Source of the DNA: Rhodopirellula sp.
GTDB lineage: Bacteria; Planctomycetota; Planctomycetia; Pirellulales; Pirellulaceae
Length of the DNA stretch: 64,000 nt
NCBI GenBank assembly: GCA_002701385.1
Contig: NZVD01000060.1
Coordinates: forward strand, 73,534 to 137,533
Reading direction: 5' to 3'
Below the pieces are notes generated by a model, which worked only from the letters and a program-made list of their open reading frames with translations, was not told where the DNA came from and searched no databases. Below, one piece after another: positions 19,935 to 29,950 of this stretch; position 1 is the first letter of the stretch, and the number at the start of each line of letters is the position of its first letter. Position numbers and translations under genes: made by a program.

Positions 19935-20861
19935 ATGCGCATTGTCCCCAAAATCGCCGCTCTGTTACTCGTGCTGGTTATCGCGCCGTGCGCATCCGCT
20001 CAAATCGTCATTAAACCGGGACTCCCCAATCCAGGGAAATTCACCAGCAAACTCACTTTAGATATAGCCCAAACTTTAAATTTGGCCGGACAGGAATTAA
20101 CCACTGGTCAGAAGCGCGAGTTAATAACCAATAATCAGGTGAGCCAGCCTGCTGCGGACGGAAGCATCACCGTGGTGGAGACGTTTCAGTCACTCAAAGA
20201 CACAACCACGCTTCCCGGCGGAGCCACCTTGAAGTTTGATTCAGCTGAAGGTCCTAAGCCCCAAGGAACGGCTGCCGACTTTTTGGTCGACGTAATGGCT
20301 GTGATGGCCAAAGCCAAAACCACCATTGTTTTTGATAAGAGTGGAAAGGCGATTCGAGTGAATACAACAGCCCATGGTCTGGATGAATTAGACGAGCCCG
20401 GCAAGTCGCTTTTGCAGGCAGACCTCGATCCGCAACGACTCAAAGACATCGCCAATGCACAACGTGATGAGTATCATGCTGAACCAGTCAAACCCGGCGA
20501 TCAGTGGAAAAAGGAAACGTCGACCGATCTAGGGCAAGGAGCCAAATTCACGCACACGGCCGCAACAAAATACGTCGGAGTGGAAAACCGCAATGGTGTC
20601 AATCTTCACAAGGTCATAATCAGTTACTCGGACGTTAACTTTGAGCAGAATGCACCAGCGCCGGGAGCTCCCTCAATTGCTGGCACGGAAATGGAGGTTA
20701 TCGATGGGGGCAGCACCTATTTCTTTGACGCCGAAAAACAACAGGTGGTCGATTCCAATTTCAAGTTACACGTGAAGGGTAAAATCACACTCTCGGTACA
20801 AGGAATGGAAATCCCAGCTGAAATCGAAATCTCCATTTCACGTTCCGTCAAAATCGATTAG
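19935..20861 (+). CDS. Secreted hypothetical protein
   Basis: 308-aa ORF with a signal peptide (AALLLVLVIAPCASAQ). No recognisable catalytic motif. Confidence 0.6.
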   Translation: MRIVPKIAALLLVLVIAPCASAQIVIKPGLPNPGKFTSKLTLDIAQTLNLAGQELTTGQKRELITNNQVSQPAADGSITVVETFQSLKDTTTLPGGATLKFDSAEGPKPQGTAADFLVDVMAVMAKAKTTIVFDKSGKAIRVNTTAHGLDELDEPGKSLLQADLDPQRLKDIANAQRDEYHAEPVKPGDQWKKETSTDLGQGAKFTHTAATKYVGVENRNGVNLHKVIISYSDVNFEQNAPAPGAPSIAGTEMEVIDGGSTYFFDAEKQQVVDSNFKLHVKGKITLSVQGMEIPAEIEISISRSVKID

Positions 20862-20936
20862 CTCGCGCTGGATGTAAACAACAGTCTCGATTGGTGCACC
20901 TTTACACAACTTGTAAGTGGCAGGTATAAGAACAGC

Positions 20937-22721
20937 ATGAAGTCATTCTTCTACTTACTGCCTGTCCTGCTCTGCCTTGGTTGTTCCCCTCGGGAAGCGC
21001 CGATCGTCGAGCGTCCCGAGTCGGAGAACAGTGCGCGAGCTTCCCTTGATCTGTTTAACGACATCACATCCGAATCGGGCCTCAGTTTCACCCACTACAA
21101 CGGGATGACCGGCGAATTGTATTTGCCAGAGTTAATGGGAAGTGGTACTGTCCTATTCGACTTTGATAACGATGGAGATCTCGATATCTATCTCTTACAG
21201 GGCGCTCTGCTCGGCGAAAAGACGACACTCGAAGATTCGATTTACCCACCGGACCAAATTCCACGGGACCAGCTCTTTCGTAATGATTTGACTACTGATG
21301 AGGAGGGAAACGCTCACGTCTCCTTCGTCAATGTGACTGAGTCATCCGGCATTGATGCTCGGGGGTATGGCATGGGAGCCGCGGTGAGCGATTTTAACCA
21401 CGATGGCTGGCTCGATCTCTATATCACCAACTGGGGTAAAAACCAAATGTGGCAGAATAACGGTGACAATACGTTTACAGATGTTACTGCTGATGCCGCC
21501 GTCCAATCCTCTCAATGGGGCACCAGCGCCGCTTTTCTGGACATTAATAACGACGGCTGGGATGACTTGATTGTCACGAATTACATTACTTTTGGATACG
21601 ACACCCATCGCCCCTGCTTCCTCAGCAACGGCGCGCTCGGTTACTGTGGTCCCAAAAGTGGAGTGCCCGAGCCGGATCGATTATTTCTTAACAAGCAGGA
21701 CGGGACTTTCCAAGATATTTCCGCGATCTCGGGAATCGCCACAAAACCGGAAGCCGGACTGGGCGTTCTGGTTCGTGACTTCAATCGGGATGGGTGGATA
21801 GATATTTATGTGGCCAATGACGCTGGACACAATCAACTGTGGATCAACCAGCAGGATAATACTTTTGTCGATGAAGCGTTAATTCGTGGATGTGCTTGTA
21901 ATATCGATGGATTTGCCGAAGGCAGTATGGGTGTCGACGCTGCAGATATTGACGGAGATGGCGACGAAGACCTGGTCATGGGGCATTGGGCTGAGGAAAC
22001 CAATACTGTGTATCTCAATCTGGGAGACGGTTTCTTTGAGGATGCGACAGATCAATTCAAACTCGGCGGCCCCAGTCTTGGATACACGGCCTTTGGAACA
22101 GCTTGGTTTGACTACGACAATGATGGTTGGCTTGATTTATTTATGGCAAACGGAGCCACTAATTTTGTAGAGACTCGACAACGTGCCGGCGAAACCTACC
22201 CTTTGCAGGAACGAAATCAGCTATTCCGCAATATTGACGGCACGACATTCGATGATCTAACCGAAGTAGCAGGTGAGTTATGCCATTCTCTGGAAATCAC
22301 TCGCGGTGCCTCCTTTGGCGATATCGACAATGATGGAGATACCGATATTCTTATTGGAAACAACTCCGGACCTGCTCGACTCTACACCAACGAATCCGGT
22401 TCACATCAACACTGGATTGGTGTCCTGCTACAAAACCAGTCGTCTAATACGCCTCAGCTCCAATGCCAAGTCAACGTCGAGTTGGCCGACGGACGTAAGC
22501 TTACTCGGACACCACGAACCGATGGTAGCTATCTATCAGTCAATGATCCACGGGTACTGTTCGGGTTGGGGGCCTCTGCCGAATCCATCACTCTGACTGT
22601 CCATTGGCATGACGGTACCCGCGAGTCTTTTATGGGAATCACGCCTAATCAGTACGTCACCTTAAAACAAGGAAACGGAAAAGCTTTGTCTGCCGGGGAG
22701 ACAAAGGAGCCTACCGAATGA
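20937..22721 (+). CDS. CRTAC1-family protein (FG-GAP/VCBS repeats plus ASPIC/UnbV C-terminal domain), lipoprotein
   Basis: Lipobox LLCLGCS. Repeated DxDxDGxxD calcium-binding-type repeats (DFDNDGDLDIY, DFNHDGWLDLY, DINNDGWDDLI, DFNRDGWIDIY, DIDGDGDEDLV, DYDNDGWLDLF, DIDNDGDTDIL). C-terminal UnbV-like region (GSYLSVNDPRVLFGLG). Confidence 0.8.
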   Translation: MKSFFYLLPVLLCLGCSPREAPIVERPESENSARASLDLFNDITSESGLSFTHYNGMTGELYLPELMGSGTVLFDFDNDGDLDIYLLQGALLGEKTTLEDSIYPPDQIPRDQLFRNDLTTDEEGNAHVSFVNVTESSGIDARGYGMGAAVSDFNHDGWLDLYITNWGKNQMWQNNGDNTFTDVTADAAVQSSQWGTSAAFLDINNDGWDDLIVTNYITFGYDTHRPCFLSNGALGYCGPKSGVPEPDRLFLNKQDGTFQDISAISGIATKPEAGLGVLVRDFNRDGWIDIYVANDAGHNQLWINQQDNTFVDEALIRGCACNIDGFAEGSMGVDAADIDGDGDEDLVMGHWAEETNTVYLNLGDGFFEDATDQFKLGGPSLGYTAFGTAWFDYDNDGWLDLFMANGATNFVETRQRAGETYPLQERNQLFRNIDGTTFDDLTEVAGELCHSLEITRGASFGDIDNDGDTDILIGNNSGPARLYTNESGSHQHWIGVLLQNQSSNTPQLQCQVNVELADGRKLTRTPRTDGSYLSVNDPRVLFGLGASAESITLTVHWHDGTRESFMGITPNQYVTLKQGNGKALSAGETKEPTE

Positions 22722-24274
22722 GATTAATCCTCTTCTTTATCCTCCTCATCGCGTCGCTCACCGGTTGCAGTCAAGGCACCATTGAGATCCCTGCTGGTGT
22801 CCGCCCTATCACCCAACCGGAATTGAGTAAGCTTGATTCCGAAGCACAAGGGAAAATTAAATTCGCTTGTACCTCCTTGATTCAAATTCAATCCGGCACA
22901 CAAGAACTTCCCGAACTCCGTAAACTTGCTGCACAATATGGCCAAGCCGGAATGCTGCTGCATGCCTATGCGATCATCGATCAGTCTACGATTTGCTACC
23001 AAAATGCGATCTTGCTTGATCCTGCTGAGGGCCTTCGGTGGCATTACCTGCTTGCCCATACGCTGCGTGAAGCCAATCAAATGTCGGAAGCGATAGAGCA
23101 CTTCAACGAAGCTGAACAGACTTATACCAAACTCGGCAACCAGCAACCTGCATTACTTCAGGCGATCTATTACTACTTGGGAGACACACACTTATCTCTC
23201 CAGCAACTCGATCAGGCAGAGTCTGCATTCCGAAAAGCTCTGGAGGTCGATGAATCAGCCATCGCGCATTGGGGAATAGGAAAAGTTAAACTCGCCAACA
23301 GTCCTGCCGATGCCATCGCTCCGTTCCAATCGGCGCTCAAGTTGGCTCCCGGAACACGAACCGTTCATTACAGCTTAATGATGGCCTACAACAAACTGGG
23401 GAATCGCAGACAGGCTCAATTTCATCAGCAGGAGTTTCATAAGGGTGGATTTGAGTTATTCTTATCCGATCCAATATTGGATTCTGTGGAAGATTTGAAA
23501 ACGACTACCGCTGCACTCAGATCACGCGGTGACACGGCGTTGTTCACCTATGGAGATTTCCCCACAGCGATCAGACATTACACCTCGGCATTAGAAAAAT
23601 CTCCTAAAGATACCTCATTACATCTCAATCTCGGACTGGCAAAACTGCGCATGAATCGACTGGAAGAAGCATCCGAGCATTTTCACGATACTTTAGATAT
23701 CAATCCGAAGAGTTCCAGAGCATTAACCAATCTGGGGCTAATTGCAGCAGCGCGAAATGATTTAGCTCAGGCATTATCTTTACTTCAAAACGCGGTGGCA
23801 GCGGAACCAAGCAACCATGAAATCCGCCAGCAACTTGCACGGTTTTTAGTATCCGATGGACAATCCGCTGAGGCGATTCAACACTTACAGAAGATTATTG
23901 AGCGTTCACCGGCAAATCAACCAGCCTTAACGATGTTGATCTTTTGTCTGTTAGCAAATGATCAATTTGCTGAGTCACAGGTGCATCTTGAAACGGCCTT
24001 GGCAATCTTTCCTGCTGACCAGGAACTGGCGTTCTACGGAGTCTTTGGCTTTGCCACAGCCAAGGAAGAAACCCACCGGGACATAGCACGAGCGAAACAG
24101 CTGTTTACCCAACTGGACCGACCACAACGTACCGTAGCCGAAGGTTTTTTATTCGCGGGTCAGGGTTTATTTGAAGAAGCAGTGAAGATTGAGAGTCAAC
24201 TCGATGAAAGTGAAAACTTACAGCGATATCAGAAACAACAGCTTCCTGTTCTAATACACTATTCAGAATTCTAG
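22718..24274 (+). CDS. Tetratricopeptide-repeat lipoprotein
   Basis: Lipobox SLTGCS and multiple TPR-like 34-aa helical repeats. The ATG overlaps the upstream stop (ATGA at 22718-22721). Confidence 0.7.
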   Translation: MRLILFFILLIASLTGCSQGTIEIPAGVRPITQPELSKLDSEAQGKIKFACTSLIQIQSGTQELPELRKLAAQYGQAGMLLHAYAIIDQSTICYQNAILLDPAEGLRWHYLLAHTLREANQMSEAIEHFNEAEQTYTKLGNQQPALLQAIYYYLGDTHLSLQQLDQAESAFRKALEVDESAIAHWGIGKVKLANSPADAIAPFQSALKLAPGTRTVHYSLMMAYNKLGNRRQAQFHQQEFHKGGFELFLSDPILDSVEDLKTTTAALRSRGDTALFTYGDFPTAIRHYTSALEKSPKDTSLHLNLGLAKLRMNRLEEASEHFHDTLDINPKSSRALTNLGLIAAARNDLAQALSLLQNAVAAEPSNHEIRQQLARFLVSDGQSAEAIQHLQKIIERSPANQPALTMLIFCLLANDQFAESQVHLETALAIFPADQELAFYGVFGFATAKEETHRDIARAKQLFTQLDRPQRTVAEGFLFAGQGLFEEAVKIESQLDESENLQRYQKQQLPVLIHYSEF

Positions 24275-24299
24275 TTCATCTATTCTCCGAAACCATTCC

Positions 24300-25775
24300 A
24301 TGTCACCAACCCTGCATCCCTTACGCACGACCGCCATCTTATGGAGTGTGCTCTGCCTTTCAACCACACTCGTTACGACAGTCCGTGCACAAACGACTCC
24401 GAATATCATATTCATCATGGCGGATGACATGGGGTATGGAGACATCGGGGCTTACAACAGCGAATCTCAGATTGAAACTCCCAATTTGAATCTACTCGCC
24501 AAACAAGGTATGCGTTTCACCGATGCACATGCTCCAGCCGGACTCTGTGTTCAAACAAGGTACGGGTTGTTAACCGGACAATATCCATTTCGAACCACTC
24601 TTAAAGAAAAGACCGATCCCTGTATCTCCGAGGACCAACTCACTCTTCCTGGCATGTTGCAAGATGCTGGCTATTACACCGCGATGCTTGGGAAGTGGCA
24701 TTTGGGATTCGAAGGTGGAAAGGATAAAGAAGACTACTCAGGTGGTCTACATGGAGGGCCAAAGGACCGTGGATTCGACTACTATTTCGGGATACCTGCC
24801 TCACTTGATATCCCGCCTTACTATTGGATCCAAAACCGGAGCCCGCTACTGCCTCCCACTGAGTTTATCGAAGATAACTTTAGTGATGGCTGGACTAAGA
24901 TTCAGGGAGCCTTCTGGCGTAAAGGCCGCATCGCTCCGGGGTTTGTGCATGCTGAAGTATTACCAACGTTGACTCGACGTGCCAATTTCTTTCTGGATAC
25001 TCAAGCGCAACTTCCCTCCGAATCCCGGAAGCCCTTTTTTCTTTACCTACCTTTACCCGCACCTCATACCCCATGGCTCCCCAATCGTAAATTTACGGGT
25101 AAGAGTAATGCCAGTATGTATGGTGACTTCGTCATGATGGTCGACGATATGGTCGGCCAAATTATGCGACGGCTTGAGCAGCATCAACTTGCCGAAAACA
25201 CTATCCTCATATTCACCAGTGACAATGGTCCTGTTTGGTATCCGGCCGATACACGGCGATTGGGACATAGCAGCACCGGGCCTCTGCGCGGGATGAAAGC
25301 GGATTCGTATGAAGGAGGCCATCGTGTGCCATTTATTGTTCGCTGGCCAGCTAAGACGCCTGCCGATTCAGTCAACAACCACCTAATCTGTCACACGGAT
25401 ATGCTGGCCACGTTTGCCAAGTTAACCGGCCAATCTATTCCTGACGGGCAGGCACCGGACAGTATTAATCAATCTGTGTTACTGCATTCGGCGCAATTAA
25501 GTGAATCTCCTCGTGAGACCTTAATCACCAGTAACGGCCGTCAGTATTTTGGAGTTCGACACGGCAACTGGAAGCTGATCACTGGGCTGGGCAGCGGCGG
25601 CTTCACTCAACCCCGAGACGTTAAACCCAAGCCCAACGGACCGTCTGGTCAGCTTTTCAATCTTCAAGATGATCTGGGGGAAAGAAACAACCTCTGGGAA
25701 GAACACCCTGAAGTTGTCCAGCGATTGCAGGATATTCTTAAACAAAGTCAGGACCGTGGGTCTACGATAAGGTGA
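24300..25775 (+). CDS. Arylsulfatase-family (type I sulfatase) protein
   Basis: Signal peptide. Metal-binding N-terminus IIFIMADDMGYGD. LTGQYP motif, GKWHLG and FTSDNGP. The FGly-site motif reads C-V-Q-T-R instead of C-x-P/A-x-R. Confidence 0.8.
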   Translation: MSPTLHPLRTTAILWSVLCLSTTLVTTVRAQTTPNIIFIMADDMGYGDIGAYNSESQIETPNLNLLAKQGMRFTDAHAPAGLCVQTRYGLLTGQYPFRTTLKEKTDPCISEDQLTLPGMLQDAGYYTAMLGKWHLGFEGGKDKEDYSGGLHGGPKDRGFDYYFGIPASLDIPPYYWIQNRSPLLPPTEFIEDNFSDGWTKIQGAFWRKGRIAPGFVHAEVLPTLTRRANFFLDTQAQLPSESRKPFFLYLPLPAPHTPWLPNRKFTGKSNASMYGDFVMMVDDMVGQIMRRLEQHQLAENTILIFTSDNGPVWYPADTRRLGHSSTGPLRGMKADSYEGGHRVPFIVRWPAKTPADSVNNHLICHTDMLATFAKLTGQSIPDGQAPDSINQSVLLHSAQLSESPRETLITSNGRQYFGVRHGNWKLITGLGSGGFTQPRDVKPKPNGPSGQLFNLQDDLGERNNLWEEHPEVVQRLQDILKQSQDRGSTIR

Positions 25776-26689
25776 TGAGCGAAACATCAGACACTTCTAA
25801 TTCGGACGCCGATCCGACCGTTCGAACACGATTCAATCTTAAAGTGGGATTGCAAGTCGTGATAATTCTCTCAATTGTCGGTGTCACTTTTTTCGTGCTT
25901 CTGGAAAAAGCTCGACAGAACCAGCGGCGACAATCACTAAATTCTCCTCAGGAAGATGTCGAACAAGCCGGACAGGTAGATCACACACATCCGTTGGACC
26001 CCATTCTGGATATTGCTTACCAGTCACTCAAAACAATCAAAACCGATGTGATTGATTACACAGCCGAACTGGCACGTCATGAACGAATCGGTGAACAACT
26101 GATGCCTCCGAGCCGCATGGCATTGAAGATTCGGAACCCCCGCGATGACCAGGCTTTCTCCATTTATGTCCTCTTTACTGAACCGGAAAATACAAAAGGG
26201 CGGGAAGTCATCTGGGTCGATGGAAAAAACGATAATAATATCGTGGCTCATGAGGCGGGATTTCTAGGGCTATTACGAGTCGTGCAACGGCCGGACAGTT
26301 TTGTCGCTATGGTGGGAAACCGTTATCCTATTACCGAGACGGGATTCCAAAAACTCATGGAGAAGCTAATCCAATACGGCTTGCGCGATCGTAAATTTGG
26401 AGACTGTGAAGTTGAAATCCTTGACGACGTGATTGTCGGTAGCGTGCAGTGCAAACGCCTGAGAATTATTCATCCTGTTAAAGAAGGGCCTTATACGTTT
26501 CATATTGCCGAAGTTGATATGGATATGCGACGCCAGATTCCAATACGTCTGGCAACCTGGGACTGGCCAGAACCAGGTCAGCAGCCACAACTGGTCGAAG
26601 AGTACGTCTATCACAACGTCGAACTCAATGTCGGCTTGCAGGATTTAGATTTTAATCCGGACAATCCCGCCTATGATTACCCCGATTAG
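25772..26689 (+). CDS. Membrane-anchored hypothetical protein (tentatively DUF1571-like)
   Basis: 305-aa ORF whose GTG/ATG start overlaps the sulfatase stop (25772-25777). One N-terminal TM helix (VVIILSIVGVTFFVLL). The family assignment comes from memory of a planctomycete paralog family and is unverified. Confidence 0.55.
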   Translation: MMSETSDTSNSDADPTVRTRFNLKVGLQVVIILSIVGVTFFVLLEKARQNQRRQSLNSPQEDVEQAGQVDHTHPLDPILDIAYQSLKTIKTDVIDYTAELARHERIGEQLMPPSRMALKIRNPRDDQAFSIYVLFTEPENTKGREVIWVDGKNDNNIVAHEAGFLGLLRVVQRPDSFVAMVGNRYPITETGFQKLMEKLIQYGLRDRKFGDCEVEILDDVIVGSVQCKRLRIIHPVKEGPYTFHIAEVDMDMRRQIPIRLATWDWPEPGQQPQLVEEYVYHNVELNVGLQDLDFNPDNPAYDYPD

Positions 26690-26859
26690 AGGCCGGCGGA
26701 CCAGAACGAATCTCCATGCTTATTGAGTCTTACAATTCACACGCCTGACCAAACGAACTATATTTAAGCGATAACGCTGTTGGGATTGTCTAACTCTCTG
26801 TGACAATATAGATGCCACAGTTTTACTCCAGCGATCTTATGGAAAGTGATTGATCTTCA

Positions 26860-27882
26860 ATGACAACTTTGCGAATACTCCCAGTAATACTACTAACCTT
26901 CACGATGTTCGGATGTGGATCGGATGAAATCGAAGTCTCCAAGGAACAATCAGCAGCACAGATGAAGGTTACAGAATTAGGTGGTCAATGGACTGGGCGG
27001 GGAGCGGTTTCGATCGATTTCAGCGCCTCCCGAATGTCCTCTCAAAACAAAACGATCTCTGATGCGGATCTGGCTGTTCTAGCAGAAGTTGAAAATCTGG
27101 AGATGCTGGATCTTTCCGGCTCGCCAATCACCGATGCGGGTATCGCGCACATTGCTGAGCTCAAAAAACTCAATACGATTAACCTGACCGGTACACAAGT
27201 GACCCCCGAGGGGATTAAAGCGATTTCCGGGCTACCGCTCTATCAGATCACTCTGAAGAATTGCTCCGATGAAATTGCAGTGCAACTCGGAACTATTCCC
27301 ACCCTTAAAATTCTACAACTGGATGGCACACTGCTAGGCAACGAAGGAATAGCTGCTTTGGCAGAGTTGAATGATCTACGCCAACTGACTGTCTCTGGAG
27401 CTCAGCTAACCAATGAAGGTCTAGCAACGTTAAGTGATTTATCCAACCTCATCTCACTCGACATTAGTAATACAAAGGTCACAGATGAAGGTTTAGCAAT
27501 CCTGGGAGGTCTTTCCACTTTGAATTCTCTCGGGCTTACCGGAACGGCTGTCACCCAACAGGGTGTTACCTCTCTGCAACAGTTGTTGCCAGATACATTT
27601 ATTGATTTTCAGGATCTTAATGCAAACGGCAATCTTGATGATCCTAACGGAGATGTTTCTGCTCCACCTGTAGAGGCTTCTAACTCTCAGAGAGAATTTC
27701 CCGTGGAGGCTGAGGAAAAGAAAAGTCCGCTGGACCTTTTGACTGGTTTCTTTGGCGACGACGAGCCTCAAATAGAGGGAGGCAACGATGGTGGGGAGCT
27801 CACCGAGCCGGAAGAACCGGAAGAAAAAGCAGGGGGAACACTCGGAGCTATCTTCCGATCCCTGAATCCACTGGACAATTAA
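26860..27882 (+). CDS. Leucine-rich-repeat lipoprotein with acidic C-terminal tail
   Basis: Lipobox TMFGCGS. About eight ~24-aa LRRs (LDLSGSPITDAGIAHIAELKKL, INLTGTQVTPEGI.., LDISNTKVTDEGLAIL..). Asp/Glu/Pro-rich tail. Confidence 0.7.
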   Translation: MTTLRILPVILLTFTMFGCGSDEIEVSKEQSAAQMKVTELGGQWTGRGAVSIDFSASRMSSQNKTISDADLAVLAEVENLEMLDLSGSPITDAGIAHIAELKKLNTINLTGTQVTPEGIKAISGLPLYQITLKNCSDEIAVQLGTIPTLKILQLDGTLLGNEGIAALAELNDLRQLTVSGAQLTNEGLATLSDLSNLISLDISNTKVTDEGLAILGGLSTLNSLGLTGTAVTQQGVTSLQQLLPDTFIDFQDLNANGNLDDPNGDVSAPPVEASNSQREFPVEAEEKKSPLDLLTGFFGDDEPQIEGGNDGGELTEPEEPEEKAGGTLGAIFRSLNPLDN

Positions 27883-27967
27883 CCACAAAGTTCCCCCGTC
27901 ACATTCAGGGCCAATTGTCGACGAGTTTACCTATCGTAGTGCGCGGAACGTAGTCGGAGACAACTAT

Positions 27968-28651
27968 CTAATTGTCTAACTGTTTCATCCGGTATTCGGC
28001 CACGATCTCGGCCGCGTTTTCATTAAAGTAGTCCCGACAACCCGTACAGCAAACATAGTACGTCTTACCTTCGAAAGTCACTGGCATGGTGCCCTTACCA
28101 CCGGAAACAATACAGACGACTTCCTGCACTCCTTTGCCAAACATACTACCTTTTCGCGTCGCTCCTACTTCACCTAACCGTGTATAGAGTGCTGCGGATA
28201 GTTTGCGTTCAAACGAGACAACCATTCTCTTTCCGGCGGCAACGGTACGAAATGAGATGCGGGAAGGTAACGTCATCTCGGCATTGGTAAGGACTAACTT
28301 TCCTGAGTCATCTCGTTTCCCGCGTAGTTCGATCTTCTTGCCATCGGCATTCACTCCACGAGCTACATAGACACCATCTTCAAACGACACCCGCAACTCT
28401 TTTACAAACTTCCCTTTCGGGCTTTTATAAACCAAAGCGGAGTCCTGCTTGGTAAATTTCCATTCCCAATGACTTTCTTCAATCCAGCCACCTTGTGTCG
28501 AGCCTCGTTTGAGTTGCCCTACGCCTTTCCATTGCCCGATGAATTCCTGAATCTCCTGAAGCTCCAGTTTCGGCTTCACTTTTTCATAAGCGGCAGAAGT
28601 TGTCAGGCTGACAGCCAGTAGTATCAAAAGGCAGAGTGATAGTTGTTTCAT
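27968..28651 (-). CDS. Secreted protein with C-terminal YHS/TRASH-type metal-binding domain
   Basis: Signal peptide (LCLLILLAVSLTTSAA). C-terminal CIVSGGKGTMPVTFEGKTYYVCCTGCRDYFNENAAEIVAEY matches the YHS pattern (C-x-V-x-G ... YY-x-CC-x-x-C-x-x-x-F). Confidence 0.65.
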   Translation of the reverse strand: MKQLSLCLLILLAVSLTTSAAYEKVKPKLELQEIQEFIGQWKGVGQLKRGSTQGGWIEESHWEWKFTKQDSALVYKSPKGKFVKELRVSFEDGVYVARGVNADGKKIELRGKRDDSGKLVLTNAEMTLPSRISFRTVAAGKRMVVSFERKLSAALYTRLGEVGATRKGSMFGKGVQEVVCIVSGGKGTMPVTFEGKTYYVCCTGCRDYFNENAAEIVAEYRMKQLDN

Positions 28652-29814
28652 GATTCGAATACGATAATGCTGGCGGTGAAGCCATGTAAAAAATTCTTAC
28701 TGCCAACCGGCCCTAATTCGCCCTGAGCGAAAAAACCGGCAACGGGGATTTGACCTAAATGTTCTCGAAGCACTCCGGCATCGTGGGACGCGACATCAAA
28801 AAGTCTGGTTCCCCGTCCGTTGCAGGTGAACAGTAATGCCGCGGACCCTGAGTTTTCCAGCTGGCTAACCAGCTGGTTTAATTCTAAGCTCGCGGACTCA
28901 TGATCGCGAATATGAAACTGCACGGTCTGTCCCACGCGTAAAAAATCCGCGACGACCACGGCCTTTTGATCAGGCTCCACACCGATCACATTCCGGATCA
29001 GAAAATCTCCCATTTCATACTCATCCTGATACTCACTCACCACCTGGCCTATATGAAACCCGTTCTGCATGGCCGCCTGTTCATGGTTTGGTAGTTCTTC
29101 ATACAGCTGTTTTAAGACATCCAACGCCGGCTTGCCTCCAAGCCCCAGAATCATATTCTGTTCCACTCCAGTAATCACATAACGCTGGCCAATGGGACGA
29201 CACCCCTGCGAGACAACCGAGTGCGTTTTAATGCCACCCTGTAAGACCACCACCGCTGCCCCGTTGTTATAGACTTCTGAGCCAACTACGATTCGGTTTT
29301 CGTCCGGCGTGTGAAATCCGGATGCCATTCCGCCTATGACGGGAACGCCGGGCCTGTCTTCATCTAGCCGACTGAGTAATCCATCAGCAGGAAACGAAAA
29401 CGGCTCACCTACCAGAAGCATGACCGCATCATCTGACCATTCACCTGCCAGCGATTCAGGCCAGCCAATAAACGTTCCTCCATCAGGTGTTCGTTCAAAG
29501 GTGAGTCGCATCGAGTCCACTTGCGTCTCCGGCAGTGAAGCACACCAGATCGAAATCGCAGGCTCCCCTTCAACTTCAATCGCGTCAGCAACAATGCTCT
29601 CTCCGGTCGAACCCAATGAATGTACCGGAGCAAGATCGGCGGTCAGTTTCTCAACAATCTCTTCTAACTCACTTTGAAAGTGAGGCGATACGAAAACGGT
29701 TAGTAGATCGATTCCACTGGGTAATTGTTCACCGAGTTTTTTGCATGAATCCTCTATTGGCAAACGCCAATCCAATGATCTCACCACCGCGCTGGCAAAC
29801 TGGTTGTTCGACAT
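28648..29814 (-). CDS. FIST N/FIST C domain-containing sensory protein
   Basis: About 388 aa from the ATG at 29814 (the ORF-track start 29922 adds an unlikely hydrophobic leader). Architecture and motifs typical of FIST proteins (LLTVFVSPHF, VIGGMASG, GFFAQGELGP). The stop overlaps the downstream start (ATGA at 28648-28651). Confidence 0.65.
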   Translation of the reverse strand: MSNNQFASAVVRSLDWRLPIEDSCKKLGEQLPSGIDLLTVFVSPHFQSELEEIVEKLTADLAPVHSLGSTGESIVADAIEVEGEPAISIWCASLPETQVDSMRLTFERTPDGGTFIGWPESLAGEWSDDAVMLLVGEPFSFPADGLLSRLDEDRPGVPVIGGMASGFHTPDENRIVVGSEVYNNGAAVVVLQGGIKTHSVVSQGCRPIGQRYVITGVEQNMILGLGGKPALDVLKQLYEELPNHEQAAMQNGFHIGQVVSEYQDEYEMGDFLIRNVIGVEPDQKAVVVADFLRVGQTVQFHIRDHESASLELNQLVSQLENSGSAALLFTCNGRGTRLFDVASHDAGVLREHLGQIPVAGFFAQGELGPVGSKNFLHGFTASIIVFES

Positions 29815-29950
29815 GTCTAACTCTCCCGAAAATAAATTGGATCGTATCTGGTGATGGAATTTGATTGCGAGTCGATCACTAACGCTAATATAGTAGAGGT
29901 ACAACGTGACGAACACCGCCATCCCGACCGCTCTTTTCCTACCCCGTATT

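Noticed and set aside
26785-26807. Small palindromes (attgtc-N11-gacaat; agcgataacgct) upstream of the LRR lipoprotein gene.
   Set aside because: The arms are short (6 nt and 4 nt) and expected by chance. No second copy exists elsewhere in the window.
27060-27560. About 72-bp periodicity in the DNA, which could be mistaken for a tandem repeat or CRISPR-like array.
   Set aside because: It is the coding periodicity of imperfect 24-aa leucine-rich repeats within an intact ORF. The repeats are not identical and there are no spacer-like unique units.
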